Positions 1 to 19,550 of a stretch of 64,000 bases of DNA are shown here, in pieces. The translations under genes were made by a program, and so were the position numbers. This DNA is from an uncultured Rivularia sp. Lineage in GTDB: Bacteria; Cyanobacteriota; Cyanobacteriia; Cyanobacteriales; Nostocaceae. A model generated the notes under the pieces. The model worked only from the letters and a program-made list of their open reading frames with translations, had not been told where the DNA came from and did not search any database. The stretch lies in assembly GCA_963665115.1 (NCBI GenBank), contig OY762007.1, forward strand, positions 3,200,001 through 3,264,000. The letters are read 5' to 3'. Each line of letters begins with the position of its first letter. Positions within the stretch are counted from its first letter, which is position 1.

Positions 1-508
1 GTAAAGCAGCTTTAGTTAACTGGTCCTGAAAAATGATTGTCGGACAGTTAGGTAGTTGGTCGAAACCTCTTTGCTGCCATTGTTCTTGAGTAATTAAAGG
101 TAGTGCAACAATAGTTCTACCGTTGACTTTACGCCAAATAGCCGGTTCTCGGTCAGTATATGCAATTAAAGCGCGTAATTGATGTTCTGCTAATTGAGAT
201 GGAGATGCTTCTGCTGTTCGGAAGTTTCGTAAAAGCCAATTTTTATCGTTGATTTCAGTTATTTGATCGATAGTAACTGGCAAAATTTCAATAACAGTTA
301 AACCGAATTCTCTATCAACAACAAGGATATCGGGTTCCTTACGAATTTCACCTACCTTCGAGAAAATCGGATACCGCCAATACCCGATACAGTTTCTATC
401 TGCAAACGCATTTTTTACAGCGTCCCATGCTTGTTGTTCGGTTGATTCCGTTCCGGATTTTATCGCTTCAGTAGTGATAAATTTATTATTAGTATCTTCA
501 AAAGTCAT
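1..508 (-). CDS. N-terminal part of a NERD/nuclease-related domain protein, probably fused to a superfamily I helicase; runs off the window
   Basis: Manual translation from ATG at 508: MTFEDTNNKFITTE...AWDAVKNAFADRNCIGYWRYPIFSKVGEIRKEPDILVVDREFGLTVIEI, open to base 1. The EPDILVVD..G..VIE motif is NERD-like. Confidence 0.65.
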   Translation of the reverse strand, partial: MTFEDTNNKFITTEAIKSGTESTEQQAWDAVKNAFADRNCIGYWRYPIFSKVGEIRKEPDILVVDREFGLTVIEILPVTIDQITEINDKNWLLRNFRTAEASPSQLAEHQLRALIAYTDREPAIWRKVNGRTIVALPLITQEQWQQRGFDQLPNCPTIIFQDQLTKAAL

Positions 509-1063
509 TTGATATTGTTCGCGTTGAATTTGCTGAAAGTGATGAACTTGTGTTACGCAAAATTGCCCTCACCCTCGAAGAGTGGGGCTATATATATATA
601 ATTCGTCTAAGCACCCTGTAAAGAAGTAACAAAAGTTTCATTCGTGTTGCTAAATTAGCATCGCTTCAGTGTCTGCTGCCAGTGCAGATACACGGATGAG
701 GGGTGATTTTACGCGGTTTATAGTATCAGGAATGGTGCGGAGTTATTTTTATAATTATTGTGATAAATATTGCTTTATAACAAAGAGTAATTATTATCGT
801 GTTGTTATCGATTGCGGTCTTCTCGAATTAGCTTTGATGGTTTCTAGCGAATTCTCCAAAAATATAGACACATAATCTGTATTTAATGGGAAATTTTTCA
901 GCATTCGCTGTTGATAAATTTCTTATTGTGAATACTTTTCACGTATCTTGCTACCCCATGAGGCACTTTCGTGAATAATGCTAAATCATAAATTTATGCA
1001 GATGAGTAAGCAAGCTTTGATTCACTCACCCGCAAACGAGTATAGGCGATAATAAAAATAAAA

Positions 1064-1148
<85 letters not shown>

Positions 1149-1223
1149 AGGTAAGCTGTCAGCGATTAATCTTGAGCAGGGCGCTTAGATAATGGCTGAC
1201 CAATTACAGATTATACTATATCT

Positions 1224-2153
1224 TTACGCTGGTTGTACCATCGAAGTCGATTTTTGATAAAGAATTTCCTCGGATTTAATAGTGAAGTCGTTGCCAATCC
1301 ACACTAATGAAGCTTTCATGACTTTTCCATTTTCGAGTTCGACTATTGAAAAATTACGCAGCTTATCTTGAGGTTTTTCAATAATTCGCGGTACGCTGGC
1401 TGCATTTAGATAAATAATTCCTTCTGGGCTTCTAAAAATACGCTTTCGCAATACTTTTGTATGTCGCAGGCTATGGTGCATATGTCCAAATGTCACCAAA
1501 GGAATATTTTTACTTGTGGTGATAGTTTGAGAAATTGCTTCCGCAAAATCTGGGTCGCCATAATCGCCGCCGATGGGATGCCAGTCTTTGCCGCAGGGAT
1601 CTTCTGGTTTGTCTCCTAATCCGAATGGTCCATTATGACCGAGAAAAATAATCGTTTCATGAGCAGCGCTGTTTACTGCTTCCATGATTCGGGCAGTTGA
1701 TTCAGATAGAGTTGCAACCCCAAATCTTTCTTTACATAAATCGGCAAATTTCCATTTCGGACCACCCCAGGTAAAAGGACGACTTCCCACCACGGTTAAG
1801 TTGAAATCCGGAAAATCCATCTTACCGAAACCAACGTGAGTATCGCCTAAAAAATCAAGCTGTTGCTGCACCCAATCTTCTTTTGTACGGTCGTAGGGAC
1901 ACTTTTTACGCCCCCATTCGGTGGCAGTGAACCAAGCATCGTGATTGCCCATCACTACTGCTTTGGGGATATCAAGATCGGCGATTTTTCTTACAACTTC
2001 CACCGATTCATTTCCAAAATCCCCGACAAATAGCACCAAATCAACAGCTAGATGCTTGAGTGCAATCCCATCTTCCTTTTCCCACTGGTCGTGAACGTCT
2101 CCTACTACAGCGATTTTTACGATTTTCGAGTTTGTTATCTGACTACTTGTCAT
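1224..2153 (-). CDS. Calcineurin-like metallophosphoesterase (TIGR04168/DevT-like)
   Basis: GDVHD, GDFGNE, GNHD and GHMH metallophosphoesterase motifs; likely start MTSSQ at 2153. Confidence 0.85.
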   Translation of the reverse strand: MTSSQITNSKIVKIAVVGDVHDQWEKEDGIALKHLAVDLVLFVGDFGNESVEVVRKIADLDIPKAVVMGNHDAWFTATEWGRKKCPYDRTKEDWVQQQLDFLGDTHVGFGKMDFPDFNLTVVGSRPFTWGGPKWKFADLCKERFGVATLSESTARIMEAVNSAAHETIIFLGHNGPFGLGDKPEDPCGKDWHPIGGDYGDPDFAEAISQTITTSKNIPLVTFGHMHHSLRHTKVLRKRIFRSPEGIIYLNAASVPRIIEKPQDKLRNFSIVELENGKVMKASLVWIGNDFTIKSEEILYQKSTSMVQPA

Positions 2154-2241
2154 ACCACTTTCCTTTCCATATGTTTCCAGGATAGGAAACTCAAACCGAT
2201 TTTGGCACAATTTTTTTGAAGTCGTATTATCCCCCTAGTAA

Positions 2242-2262
2242 TTTTGGTAAAAAGTACTATAA
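2242..2262. promoter_or_regulatory. Putative NrtR operator upstream of nadA
   Basis: TTTTGGT-AAAAAGT-ACTATAA, a 21-bp GT-N7-AC pseudo-palindrome similar to the site upstream of pncB. Confidence 0.7.
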
Positions 2263-2412
2263 TTATTTCAAGATTAAGAATTGTATCTTGCACATACGTA
2301 TTATTTTGATTGCCAAACCCTTTGAGTTTAAAAGCGACGAGGGGCAAGGTAAGCTTTCGTACAAAAATGCAAGATTTTGAATTAAAAATAGATCATTTTA
2401 CTAGATCCTACT

Positions 2413-3387
2413 GTGTTTACTACCGCACTGCGAAGACCTGAAACAACCCAACTGGGTGCATTACCGCTAGATCTATTTGCAGCCATTGAGAATCTTAAAA
2501 AAGAGCTCAATGCTGTTGTTTTGGCGCACTACTATCAAGAACCGGATATTCAAGATATTGCAGATTTTATTGGCGATTCGTTGCAACTTTCCAGAACAGC
2601 AGCCGATACAAATGCAGATGTTATAGTCTTTGCTGGGGTTCACTTTATGGCAGAAACAGCAAAGATTCTTAATCCAGACAAGTTGGTGTTATTGCCAGAC
2701 TTAGATGCTGGTTGTTCTTTAGCTGATAGTTGCCCACCGAGTGAATTCGCAGCATTTAAAGCAGCGCATCCAGAGCATTTAGTGATTTCTTACATCAACT
2801 GTACTGCGGAAATTAAAGCGATGAGCGATATTATCTGCACTAGTTCCAATGCGGTGAAAATTGTGCAGCAGATACCCAAGGAACAGCCGATTATTTTTGC
2901 TCCAGACAGGAATTTGGGACGTTACGTAATGGAACAAACTGGGCGCGATTTACTATTGTGGCAAGGTAGCTGTATCGTTCATGAAACCTTTTCGGAGAAG
3001 AAAATTGTGCAGTTAAAAATTGCACATCCACAGGCTGATGTAATTGCTCATCCCGAATGCGAAACAACCGTATTGCGACACGCTGATTTTATTGGTTCGA
3101 CGGCAGCTTTATTAAAATATTGTCAGCAGAGTTCGAGTGATAAATTTATTGTTGCTACCGAACCGGGAATTATTCATCAAATGCAAAAACAAGCACCGGA
3201 AAAACAATTTATTCCTGCACCACCAACGAATAACTGTAATTGTAATGAATGTCCGTTTATGAGGTTAAATACGTTGGAAAAGCTTTATTTGGCGATGAAG
3301 AATCGCACGCCAGAAATTACTATGAGTGAGGAGACGAGAATTAAGGCTTTGCGTCCAATGCAGCGGATGTTGGAGATGAGTGTTTAA
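2413..3387 (+). CDS. nadA: Quinolinate synthase
   Basis: [31 protein letters not shown] and CNECPFM motifs. Confidence 0.97.
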   Translation: MFTTALRRPETTQLGALPLDLFAAIENLKKELNAVVLAHYYQEPDIQDIADFIGDSLQLSRTAADTNADVIVFAGVHFMAETAKILNPDKLVLLPDLDAGCSLADSCPPSEFAAFKAAHPEHLVISYINCTAEIKAMSDIICTSSNAVKIVQQIPKEQPIIFAPDRNLGRYVMEQTGRDLLLWQGSCIVHETFSEKKIVQLKIAHPQADVIAHPECETTVLRHADFIGSTAALLKYCQQSSSDKFIVATEPGIIHQMQKQAPEKQFIPAPPTNNCNCNECPFMRLNTLEKLYLAMKNRTPEITMSEETRIKALRPMQRMLEMSV

Positions 3388-3597
3388 GTAGATATTATAG
3401 AGGCGTGATGATAAAGCTACGTCTCTATTGTTTTATTATGTTGAATTGAAGAGAGAAATAAATAATTGTTTTAAATCTTTGGCTTAAGCTAATGTAAAAT
3501 TTTAATCATTTTAGTTAGAGCCAAAATTTATTCATGTTCTGCAATTTGTCCTTGATTAAAAAATAGTCCGGCACTTTTCTTTTTGTAAATCCTTTAT

Positions 3598-4377
3598 CTA
3601 CCTTTTACAAGCAACAAACTCAATATTAGTAGCAGTATATTTCAAAGGTGTACGTTCAGTTAACCACTGATCTATAAATTCAAATTTATGATAATTAGTA
3701 TATGAAATACTATTTTTAGGCAAAAGTTGCCGATGCCAAATGTCTACAAGTTCAAGCTTACTTTGCTCAAGAAGATTTTTCACCATATTTTTGCTATACA
3801 ACCTGTCATGATAAAAATCTCGCCGAAGATGCGCTAAACGCTGAGTCCATGAAAGGTGGTAAGGAAGAAAAAAACAAAAGAAAAGTCCCGACGGTCTTAA
3901 GATTCGGTTAATTTCCTGGAGCGATTGAAGGTGATTGGGGACGTGTTCGAGTACTCCAAAACTCAAGACTATATCAAAGCTTGTATCTTTGAAGGGAAGT
4001 ATATAAGGATGTTCTAAAGGAATGATATCTATAGATGCTTTTTCAATAATGGGTGTATTTTGACCAAAACTAGAATCATCTGCACCACGAACATCACAGG
4101 AAGTAATTTCGGCACCCATTTCCCGCATTAAATAAGAGATATGACCTTTTCCACATCCCCAGTCAAGTATCTTTAATTCACTCAAGCTTTTCTTAAACCA
4201 ATACTCAGAAAATGCTTTTACGTAGCTTGTTAGGTAAAGATAGACGTTTTGGGAAGTTGGATTTCTTAAAAAAGCATGACTATCTGCATCTAAAGTTAAA
4301 TCTAATAACTGTTGATTCAAAGGCTGGGTTTTTTGAAAATTACTGCGTCTAAGAGCAACAAGAGTTTTGCTATTCAT
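3598..4377 (-). CDS. Class I SAM-dependent methyltransferase
   Basis: ILDWGCGKG motif I; FDIVLSFGVLEHV; RILRPSG. Confidence 0.9.
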   Translation of the reverse strand: MNSKTLVALRRSNFQKTQPLNQQLLDLTLDADSHAFLRNPTSQNVYLYLTSYVKAFSEYWFKKSLSELKILDWGCGKGHISYLMREMGAEITSCDVRGADDSSFGQNTPIIEKASIDIIPLEHPYILPFKDTSFDIVLSFGVLEHVPNHLQSLQEINRILRPSGLFFCFFLPYHLSWTQRLAHLRRDFYHDRLYSKNMVKNLLEQSKLELVDIWHRQLLPKNSISYTNYHKFEFIDQWLTERTPLKYTATNIEFVACKR

Positions 4378-4445
4378 GATGAAATTTTCGCTTCACTTAA
4401 CAAAACATGACATGACGCATTATGAAATTTAACTTAAAACTAAAA

Positions 4446-5393
4446 TTACTTTTTATCAGCTCTTTCTAAAGCCAACTCGCTATATTCCTTGTAGAGTTGA
4501 ATCCTTGACTGTGCTTCTTTGAAGCGACTATGACTGGATGGAACTTCAGACATTAAATCGGATGCATATTGCCATTTTTCAGCTACATCTAACCATTTAT
4601 CTGAACTATTAGCTGTTTTTCTATCTTCTACTGCTTGGTTAGCAATTCGTATCGCAATGTAGAATATGTCATCTTCTAATTGTTGAGAAGGTGCTTGAGA
4701 AGCTGTTGGATAAGTATTGACAACAGGTGTCTGTAACTTATTTTTGATATCTGTAGGCTTTGAAGATTTTATATTAGACTTATTCGATGAATTGTATTTT
4801 AAACTTGCTGTCTCTATTGAATTTTTAATTTTACTGCCTAAAAAATAATAGGCTAACCAACCTGCTGACAATAGTATTAAGCATAAACCAAGTAAATTCA
4901 TCATCCCTCCTAAGAATGACTTTTTGGGTTTACTCCTATTACTAACTATTAAGTATCGGGAAGATTGAGGTTGAGGTAATTGTGGTTTTTGTGATTCTTT
5001 CTTATTTTCTTTAAAATCTCTAATTATTTGCTTTAAAACATTTGGTTTTTTTAAGGTTATTTGTTCTGACCATAGTAGCTGATTTTCTGGGTCGCGATTA
5101 ATCTCTTCTAACCACAATAATTGCTGTTCTCGAACAATACGACTATTTATATTTACCCTATGGACGTTACGGGGTGCAATAGATTCTAATATCTGCTTAA
5201 TTTTTTGTACTAAAGTCGATTTCTCAAGATTTTCTTTAGTGCGAGCTTCACATAAAAGTTGTAAAACTCCACCATCAAACATTGCTCTAGTTCTTACACC
5301 AGAATTAGCCAACTTTTCATTCAAAACTTGAATAATTGCCGCAATACTGCCTTGACTAGCTTGCGAAGCAATATCATTGATCTGATTTACCAT
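4446..5393 (-). CDS. Conserved cyanobacterial hypothetical protein with one transmembrane segment
   Basis: 315-aa ORF; N-terminal GSIAAIIQVLNEKL and C-terminal W..A..W..AS.LM helical motifs; central hydrophobic helix. Confidence 0.75.
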   Translation of the reverse strand: MVNQINDIASQASQGSIAAIIQVLNEKLANSGVRTRAMFDGGVLQLLCEARTKENLEKSTLVQKIKQILESIAPRNVHRVNINSRIVREQQLLWLEEINRDPENQLLWSEQITLKKPNVLKQIIRDFKENKKESQKPQLPQPQSSRYLIVSNRSKPKKSFLGGMMNLLGLCLILLSAGWLAYYFLGSKIKNSIETASLKYNSSNKSNIKSSKPTDIKNKLQTPVVNTYPTASQAPSQQLEDDIFYIAIRIANQAVEDRKTANSSDKWLDVAEKWQYASDLMSEVPSSHSRFKEAQSRIQLYKEYSELALERADKK

Positions 5394-5549
5394 TTTTGAA
5401 GTAGTAACTGTTTGTCAAACTTAAGTGGTTAACAGACAATCTAGTTTAAAAGAGTCACAATTTTTGTTCCTTAGAAACTTCTGTAAACTTCTATTTTACT
5501 TTGATTGTATGTTGAAAAATACAAAATTGACAAACAATATTGCAAAAAT

Positions 5550-5579
5550 AAAGCCTCCTTCAAATATGAAGAAGACTTT
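5550..5579 (-). terminator. Terminator hairpin after 5S rRNA, operon A
   Basis: AAAGCCTCCTTCA...TGAAGAAGACTTT imperfect inverted repeat followed by a T-rich tract on the minus strand. Confidence 0.6.
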
Positions 5580-5593
5580 ACCTAAATTACAAA

Positions 5594-5711
5594 CCTGGCA
5601 CCGAGCTATTTTCACAGGAGGCAACCCTCCAACTATCGTCGCCGCAACGGCGTTTCACCTCTGAGTTCGGGATGGGATCAGTGTGGTTCCACCGTGCCAT
5701 AGGCACCAGGA
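5594..5711 (-). rRNA. rrf: 5S rRNA, operon A
   Basis: Reverse complement TCCTGGTGCCTATGGCACGGTGGAACCACACTGATCCCATCCCGAACTCAG...GCCAGG. Confidence 0.97.
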
Positions 5712-5806
5712 AACTTGTAGGGAATACAGAATCCCTGAAGGCTGCACATTCACGCGCTTTTTGTAAAAATGATTAGTATCTTTAAAATGTAGAACATCAA
5801 TTGATG

Positions 5807-8626
<2,820 letters not shown>

Positions 8627-8845
8627 ACAAAGATATTCCAATACAATCATTGGTTACAAAATAGGATATCTAGATACTTTCCTTAACTACTTAAAGTAAT
8701 CAAGGACTACCTAAATCATTTCGCGTGAATATGCAGTTTTCAAGGTTCTGACTGGATAATAATCCAGCATTCCAATTTATTTCTATATAAATTTGGGTGC
8801 TGAAACTTATCTACTTTTTTCACTCATAATTCAATCAAAAAAATT

Positions 8846-8921
8846 TGGTGGAGGTAAGCGGACTCGAACCGCTGACATCTGCCTTGCAAAGGCAGCGCTC
8901 TACCAACTGAGCTATACCCCC
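8846..8921 (-). tRNA. trnA: tRNA-Ala(TGC) in the ITS
   Basis: GGGGGTATAGCTCAGTTGGTAGAGCGCTGCCTTTGCAAGGCAG...CCACCA. Confidence 0.98.
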
Positions 8922-8974
8922 ATCTACAGCTACCAGTGACCAAATAATTATTTAATACTGTTTGCTGTTTCAGG

Positions 8975-9048
<74 letters not shown>

Positions 9049-9191
9049 ATAAGTTATGAGTTCTTACGAACCGAACCTATAATTGTTTGAAAGCCTTTCA
9101 AATACCTAATCTACGTTACGACCTGGGATATACCAACTCGATCATCTAATCACAAATTGCTTTGGATGTATGAGTGGTTAGGTCTCCCTGA

Positions 9192-10676
<1,485 letters not shown>

Positions 10677-10890
10677 TGGATAAGTTGAATACTTAGCAAA
10701 TAGTCACATCCGTAACCACCTAAGCATTCTTCGTCCTTGACTGACTTTTTTTAAACCTTAGTCTTGGTTAATTACTTTACTAACGCAGACCTTTTATGGT
10801 ATGCTGGCTTTCAAACAAATATATAGTTTTCTTGGTTCGGAACCCTTGAGGAGTCGGCGTTTTGCGCTTCTCTCTCTCAGGCACTTATAC

Positions 10891-10919
10891 ATAGTACCGA
10901 GAACACCTATTCGTGTCAA
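10891..10919 (-). promoter_or_regulatory. rRNA operon A promoter
   Basis: Minus strand TTGACA-17 bp-TACTAT with an AT-rich upstream tract. Confidence 0.8.
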
Positions 10920-11064
10920 CTCTTTTTTCAAAAAAATTTGGAATTAGTTTTTGGTAAACTCCTGTAATACTCTTCTGCTATACTTTACAGAGTTCAAAGA
11001 AAGTTTAAGTTGATGGAGATTTATAATCCAGTTTTGCTTCCAAGGGTTGGTAATAGTTTTTTGA

Positions 11065-11192
11065 TAAGCTGATGTGCAGCTAGATCGCATAATGCAAAAA
11101 ATTTAAAATATTGTATTGCGTTAGTGCAGCGTGTCCGCGAGGATATGCATCTTGCTCGCTAGTACTATAAAAATTAAGTGGGTAAGAGCTTA
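11065..11192. repeat. TAAGCT...AGCTTA-bounded dispersed repeat (MITE-like) carrying a REP-like hairpin
   Basis: Related copies at about 29250-29385, 45186-45287 and 59733-59835. Confidence 0.7.
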
Positions 11193-11346
11193 TCAATCAA
11201 AAAATTTTAGAAGTTTAACGCTTCGTAGGAAGAAGAAGAATTGGAAATTCTGTATTAGATAGAAGAAGACTCAGATAAATTTAAATATTCATCTTGCCAC
11301 GATTTTAGCTTTAGAACTATTCAAACCAAAGTTATTAGATTATTAA

Positions 11347-11606
11347 CTGGAGTTTAAACTAAGACACAATAAAACAGCGCAGCAGTAATATTTTGATGCG
11401 TATCCGTGATGAAACAAGAAAAATAAGGTCTTTAAGTAGGTTTTGGTTTCTTTTTATTGCTATTCTTAGTACGTTTTTTGACAACAGGGTAAATAATTCT
11501 ACACTTACGGGTTTTTTCTGGTTTCCAGACTGCTAGTGCTATCACGGCTAGAATTCTACCTATAGACTGTGCAACTCTCCCAGGTGTTAACTTTGCGGCT
11601 GTTTTT
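11347..11606 (-). mobile_element. Right-end remnant of a cyanobacterial DDE transposase element (IS701/IS4-like)
   Basis: Minus-strand translation KLTPGRVAQSIGRILAVI...WKPEKTRKCRIIYPVVKKRT* (stop at 11432); terminal motif CTGGAGTTTAAACTAA at 11347. Confidence 0.7.
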
Positions 11607-11607
11607 A

Positions 11608-12132
11608 CTGGAGTTTAGACTAAAGCTCGTGACCGCTACGCGGTCACGGCGCACAAAAAATGGTATAAAAAATAGGGAAATGCTTGTGGTAAAACAAGTA
11701 CCTCCCGAGGGAAGACGAGAAAAACACTACCAAATCTCAACTTTCGTTATGGATGTTTTTGCACATTTAAGGGAATTCCGTCAAGCCGCATACAAATGTT
11801 TATGTAAAGCCAGCGATGCAACATTTGAATTAATGGACTCAATACTGCTAACTCGAAATGCATATAGTTTGGCGGACTTATCTTTATGCCCAGTGTTTCG
11901 TCGTAAATGGTCAAGTGTGTATGAAGCATTGCAAGACACAAAAGTCCAACGAAATAAATTAATGGGACTATACATCAAAAATATACCAAGCCAAGAAGGT
12001 ATTATTCTTGCTGGAGACCATACTGCGTGGTCAAGACCAAACGCACCAACTTTAAAGGAAAGGACTTATGAACATTATACCCAAAGTGGTATTAGAGGTC
12101 GTCCAGTAACTGCGGGATATGGTTATAGTACA
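11608..12132 (+). mobile_element. Left end and truncated transposase of the same IS family (pseudogene from ATG 11749)
   Basis: Terminal motif CTGGAGTTTAGACTAA at 11608; MDVFAHLREFRQAAY..DATFELMD..LSLCPVFRRKWSSVYEALQD..LAGDHTAWSRP..GYGYST, then similarity appears to break off. Confidence 0.8.
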
Positions 12133-12180
12133 CCTCGTCCGCAGTATGGTAGCGGTACAGTCCAAGCTTATATAAACAGC

Positions 12181-12216
12181 AAAAAACCCTCCTGAATATC
12201 ACAGAAGGGTTTTTTT
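12181..12216 (-). terminator. Terminator after 5S rRNA, operon B
   Basis: AAAAAACCCTCCTGA...CAGAAGGGTTTTTTT hairpin with A/T tracts on both sides. Confidence 0.8.
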
Positions 12217-12226
12217 AAATTACAAA

Positions 12227-12344
12227 CCTGGCACCGAGCTATTTTCACAGGAGGCAACCCTCCAACTATCGTCGCCGCAACGGCGTTTCACCTCTGAGTT
12301 CGGGATGGGATCAGTGTGGTTCCACCGTGCCATAGGCACCAGGA
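12227..12344 (-). rRNA. rrf: 5S rRNA, operon B
   Basis: Matches the copy at 5594-5711. Confidence 0.97.
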
Positions 12345-12439
12345 AACTTGTAGGGAATACAGAATCCCTGAAGGCTGCACATTCACGCGCTTTTTGTAAA
12401 AATGATTAGTATCTTTAAAATGTAGAACATCAATTGATG

Positions 12440-15259
<2,820 letters not shown>

Positions 15260-15476
15260 ACAAAGATATTCCAATACAATCATCGGTTACAAAATAGGAT
15301 ATCTAGATACTTTCCTTAACTACTTAAAGTAATCAAGGACTACCTAAATCATTTCGCGTGAATATGCAGTTTTCAAGGTTCTGACTGGATAATAATCCAG
15401 CATTCCGACTTTTACATAAGTCTGGGTGCTGAAACTTATCTACTTTTTTTCACTCATAATTCAATCAAAAAGAATT

Positions 15477-15552
15477 TGGTGGAGGTAAGCGGACTCGAAC
15501 CGCTGACATCTGCCTTGCAAAGGCAGCGCTCTACCAACTGAGCTATACCCCC
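15477..15552 (-). tRNA. trnA: tRNA-Ala(TGC)
   Basis: Matches the operon A copy. Confidence 0.98.
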
Positions 15553-15605
15553 ATCTACAGCTACCAGTGATCAAATAACTATTTAATACTGTTTGCTGTT
15601 TCAGG

Positions 15606-15679
<74 letters not shown>

Positions 15680-15822
15680 ATAAGTTATGAGTTCTTACGA
15701 ACCGAACCTATAATTGTTTGAAAGCCTTTCAAATACCTAATCTACGTTACGACCTGGGATATACCAACTCGATCATCTAATCACAAATTGCTTTGGATGT
15801 ATGAGTGGTTAGGTCTCCCTGA

Positions 15823-17307
<1,485 letters not shown>

Positions 17308-17521
17308 TGGATAAGTTGAATACTTAGCAAATAGTCACATCCGTAACCACCTAAGCATTCTTCGTCCTTGACTGACTTTTTTTAAACCTTAGTCTTGGTT
17401 AATTACTTTACTAACGCAGACCTTTTATGGTATGCTGGCTTTCAAACAAATATATAGTTTTCTTGGTTCGGAACCCTTGAGGAGTCGGCGTTTTGCGCTT
17501 CTCTCTCTCAGGCACTTATAC

Positions 17522-17550
17522 ATAGTACCGAGAACACCTATTCGTGTCAA
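17522..17550 (-). promoter_or_regulatory. rRNA operon B promoter
   Basis: TTGACA-17 bp-TACTAT, same as operon A. Confidence 0.8.
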
Positions 17551-17815
17551 CTCTTTTTTCAAAAAAATTTGGAATTAGTTTCTTTGTCATCGCTATAATC
17601 CCTACTCCACAACGGTTTTAAGCGATAAAAAAAGTTTCTTCGGTGGTGCTTTTGAGCGGTACTTTACCTCTGAGGAGTTGAAATTGGCTTTCAAAGTCAA
17701 TTAGGAGCTATCTATAATTCAAGGTCATTTAATAAAAACGGTCGAAAAAGTCTTCTTGAGGTTTCAAGTTTGAGCAACAATGGTTAATGCATTGTTGGCT
17801 TAGAGGAGAATAGCG

Positions 17816-18694
17816 ATGAATTTTCAATCGGCGATCGCAGTTTTAAATGAATTTTGGAGCAGTCAAGGCTGTTTGATTGCTCAGTCATACGATATTGAGA
17901 AGGGAGCGGGGACAAAGAATCCACATACTTTTTTAAGGGCTTTGGGACCAGAGCCTTGGGCTGTGGCTTATGTAGAACCTTGTCGTCGTCCCACTGACGG
18001 GCGCTATGGAGAGAACCCAAACCGTTTTCAATCCTATTATCAGTACCAAGTTCTGATAAAACCTTCACCGGACAATATCCAAGAAATCTATTTGGATTCG
18101 TTGAAGGCTTTGGGAATTAGACCAGAAGAACACGATATTAGATTTGTAGAAGATAACTGGGAAGATGCGACTGTAGGTGCTTGGGGAACTGGTTGGGAAG
18201 TTTGGCTCGATGGGATGGAAGTTACCCAGTTCACGTACTTTCAACAATGTGGAGGAATTGATTGTCGTCCGGTGTCAATCGAAATGACTTACGGGCTGGA
18301 ACGATTGGTGATGTATCTACAAGAAGTGGAAGCAATAACCAAAATTGATTGGACGGACAATATTAAATATGGAGATATTCACCTCCAAGGGGAGATTGAG
18401 CAGTGTACCTACAATTTTGAAGCTTCAAATCCTCAGATGCTGCTAACACTATTTAATATGTATGAGGAAGAAGCTAAACAATTAACTGAAAAGGGTTTAG
18501 TTTTACCAAGCTTGGACTATATTATGAAGTGTTCTCATACTTTTAACTTGCTAGATGCAAGAGGTGTGATTGCTGTGACAGAAAGGACTCGCTACATTGG
18601 CAGAATTAGAAGTTTGGCAAGGAAGGTAGCACAGCTTTATGTAGAGCAGCGAGAACAGTTAGGTTTTCCGTTGTTGAAAAAAGTTGCTGCGTGA
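17816..18694 (+). CDS. glyQ: Glycine--tRNA ligase alpha subunit
   Basis: [46 protein letters not shown]. Confidence 0.98.
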   Translation: MNFQSAIAVLNEFWSSQGCLIAQSYDIEKGAGTKNPHTFLRALGPEPWAVAYVEPCRRPTDGRYGENPNRFQSYYQYQVLIKPSPDNIQEIYLDSLKALGIRPEEHDIRFVEDNWEDATVGAWGTGWEVWLDGMEVTQFTYFQQCGGIDCRPVSIEMTYGLERLVMYLQEVEAITKIDWTDNIKYGDIHLQGEIEQCTYNFEASNPQMLLTLFNMYEEEAKQLTEKGLVLPSLDYIMKCSHTFNLLDARGVIAVTERTRYIGRIRSLARKVAQLYVEQREQLGFPLLKKVAA

Positions 18695-18741
18695 AGCGAT
18701 ATTGAGTCTACTCGTAGAAAAAATCAAAAATATCCGGTCAT

Positions 18742-18859
18742 ATATACAGCAGATTTCATTTAAGTGAGGTACACATCGTTTCTAGAGGAAGTAGTGAGTA
18801 GTGAGTAGGGAGTAGGGAGTAGGGAAATGTACCTCATATACCTGCAAAGTGCTGTATAT
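18742..18859. repeat. MITE-like element enclosing heptamer STRR repeats
   Basis: ATATACAGCA/TGCTGTATAT terminal inverted repeat; inner TGAGGTACA/TGTACCTCA; (AGTAGGG/AGTAGTG)n core. Confidence 0.7.
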
Positions 18860-19030
18860 GGTGTCCCGCTAATTCTAAACAAGCGGGATATTTTTTAGTT
18901 ACCTACAAAATGCTCTGCTTCTCCTGTCTTAACTTCATCTAGCAATTTTGCTGTCATAAAATACAAGTGCTATAAATTGCTCAATCCTCTGCAATAATTC
19001 TATTGTTGCGGATATGCGAACTGATAAAAA

Positions 19031-19510
19031 ATGACAAATCTGACTGAAATACTCAAACCTATTGCCAATTGGTTTAGCTATGCCGGTATTCCTGAACCAG
19101 TAATACATTGGGGTCATCCGGCTATGATGGCAGTTGTAATCTTTGTAATGGGTAGTTTTGTGGGATTTACAGGTTGGCGGTCGCGAATTACCGAAGACAA
19201 ACAAGTTGCGATTGAAAGTCGCAGCGGTCATCGTAAACTAGCACCGTGGATGTTTTTATTCATGATGCTCGGTTCGATTGGTGGGGTTTTATCTTTGGTG
19301 ATGCAAAATAAACCAATTTTACAAAGCTCTCATTTTTGGACTGGCTCAATTATATTGGTGCTACTGGCAATTAATGCCACAATTTCTTTAACGAAATTTG
19401 GAGGTAATAAGCCAGGTTTGCGAGCGCTTCATGCTTACTTAGGTAGCACTGCACTTTGTGTAATGGTTTTACACGCAGTACTTGGTTTCCGATTGGGTAT
19501 ATCAATTTAA
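19031..19510 (+). CDS. DUF4079-family membrane protein (cytochrome b561-like)
   Basis: HWGHPAMM, HRKLAP, SHFWTG and LHAYLG histidines in four hydrophobic segments. Confidence 0.8.
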   Translation: MTNLTEILKPIANWFSYAGIPEPVIHWGHPAMMAVVIFVMGSFVGFTGWRSRITEDKQVAIESRSGHRKLAPWMFLFMMLGSIGGVLSLVMQNKPILQSSHFWTGSIILVLLAINATISLTKFGGNKPGLRALHAYLGSTALCVMVLHAVLGFRLGISI

Positions 19511-19550
19511 TTGATTAACTATAATCTTTGTAGCTTTATATCCTTCCTTA

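Noticed and set aside
565..588. Hairpin GCCCTCAC...GTGGGGC resembling an IS200/IS605 end
   Set aside because: No tnpA/tnpB or partner end is visible; too short to support.
669..875. 68-aa ORF, and similar short ORFs at 2150, 21449, 24484, 29104 and 47087
   Set aside because: No recognisable motif or RBS; AT-rich, repeat-derived or overlapping regulatory sequence.
2283..2297. NtcA-like site GTATCTTGCACATAC upstream of nadA
   Set aside because: Spacing is GTA-N9-TAC, not the canonical N8.
11569..11748. N-terminal extension of the transposase ORF in the track
   Set aside because: It spans the element's terminal repeat; the likely start is ATG 11749.
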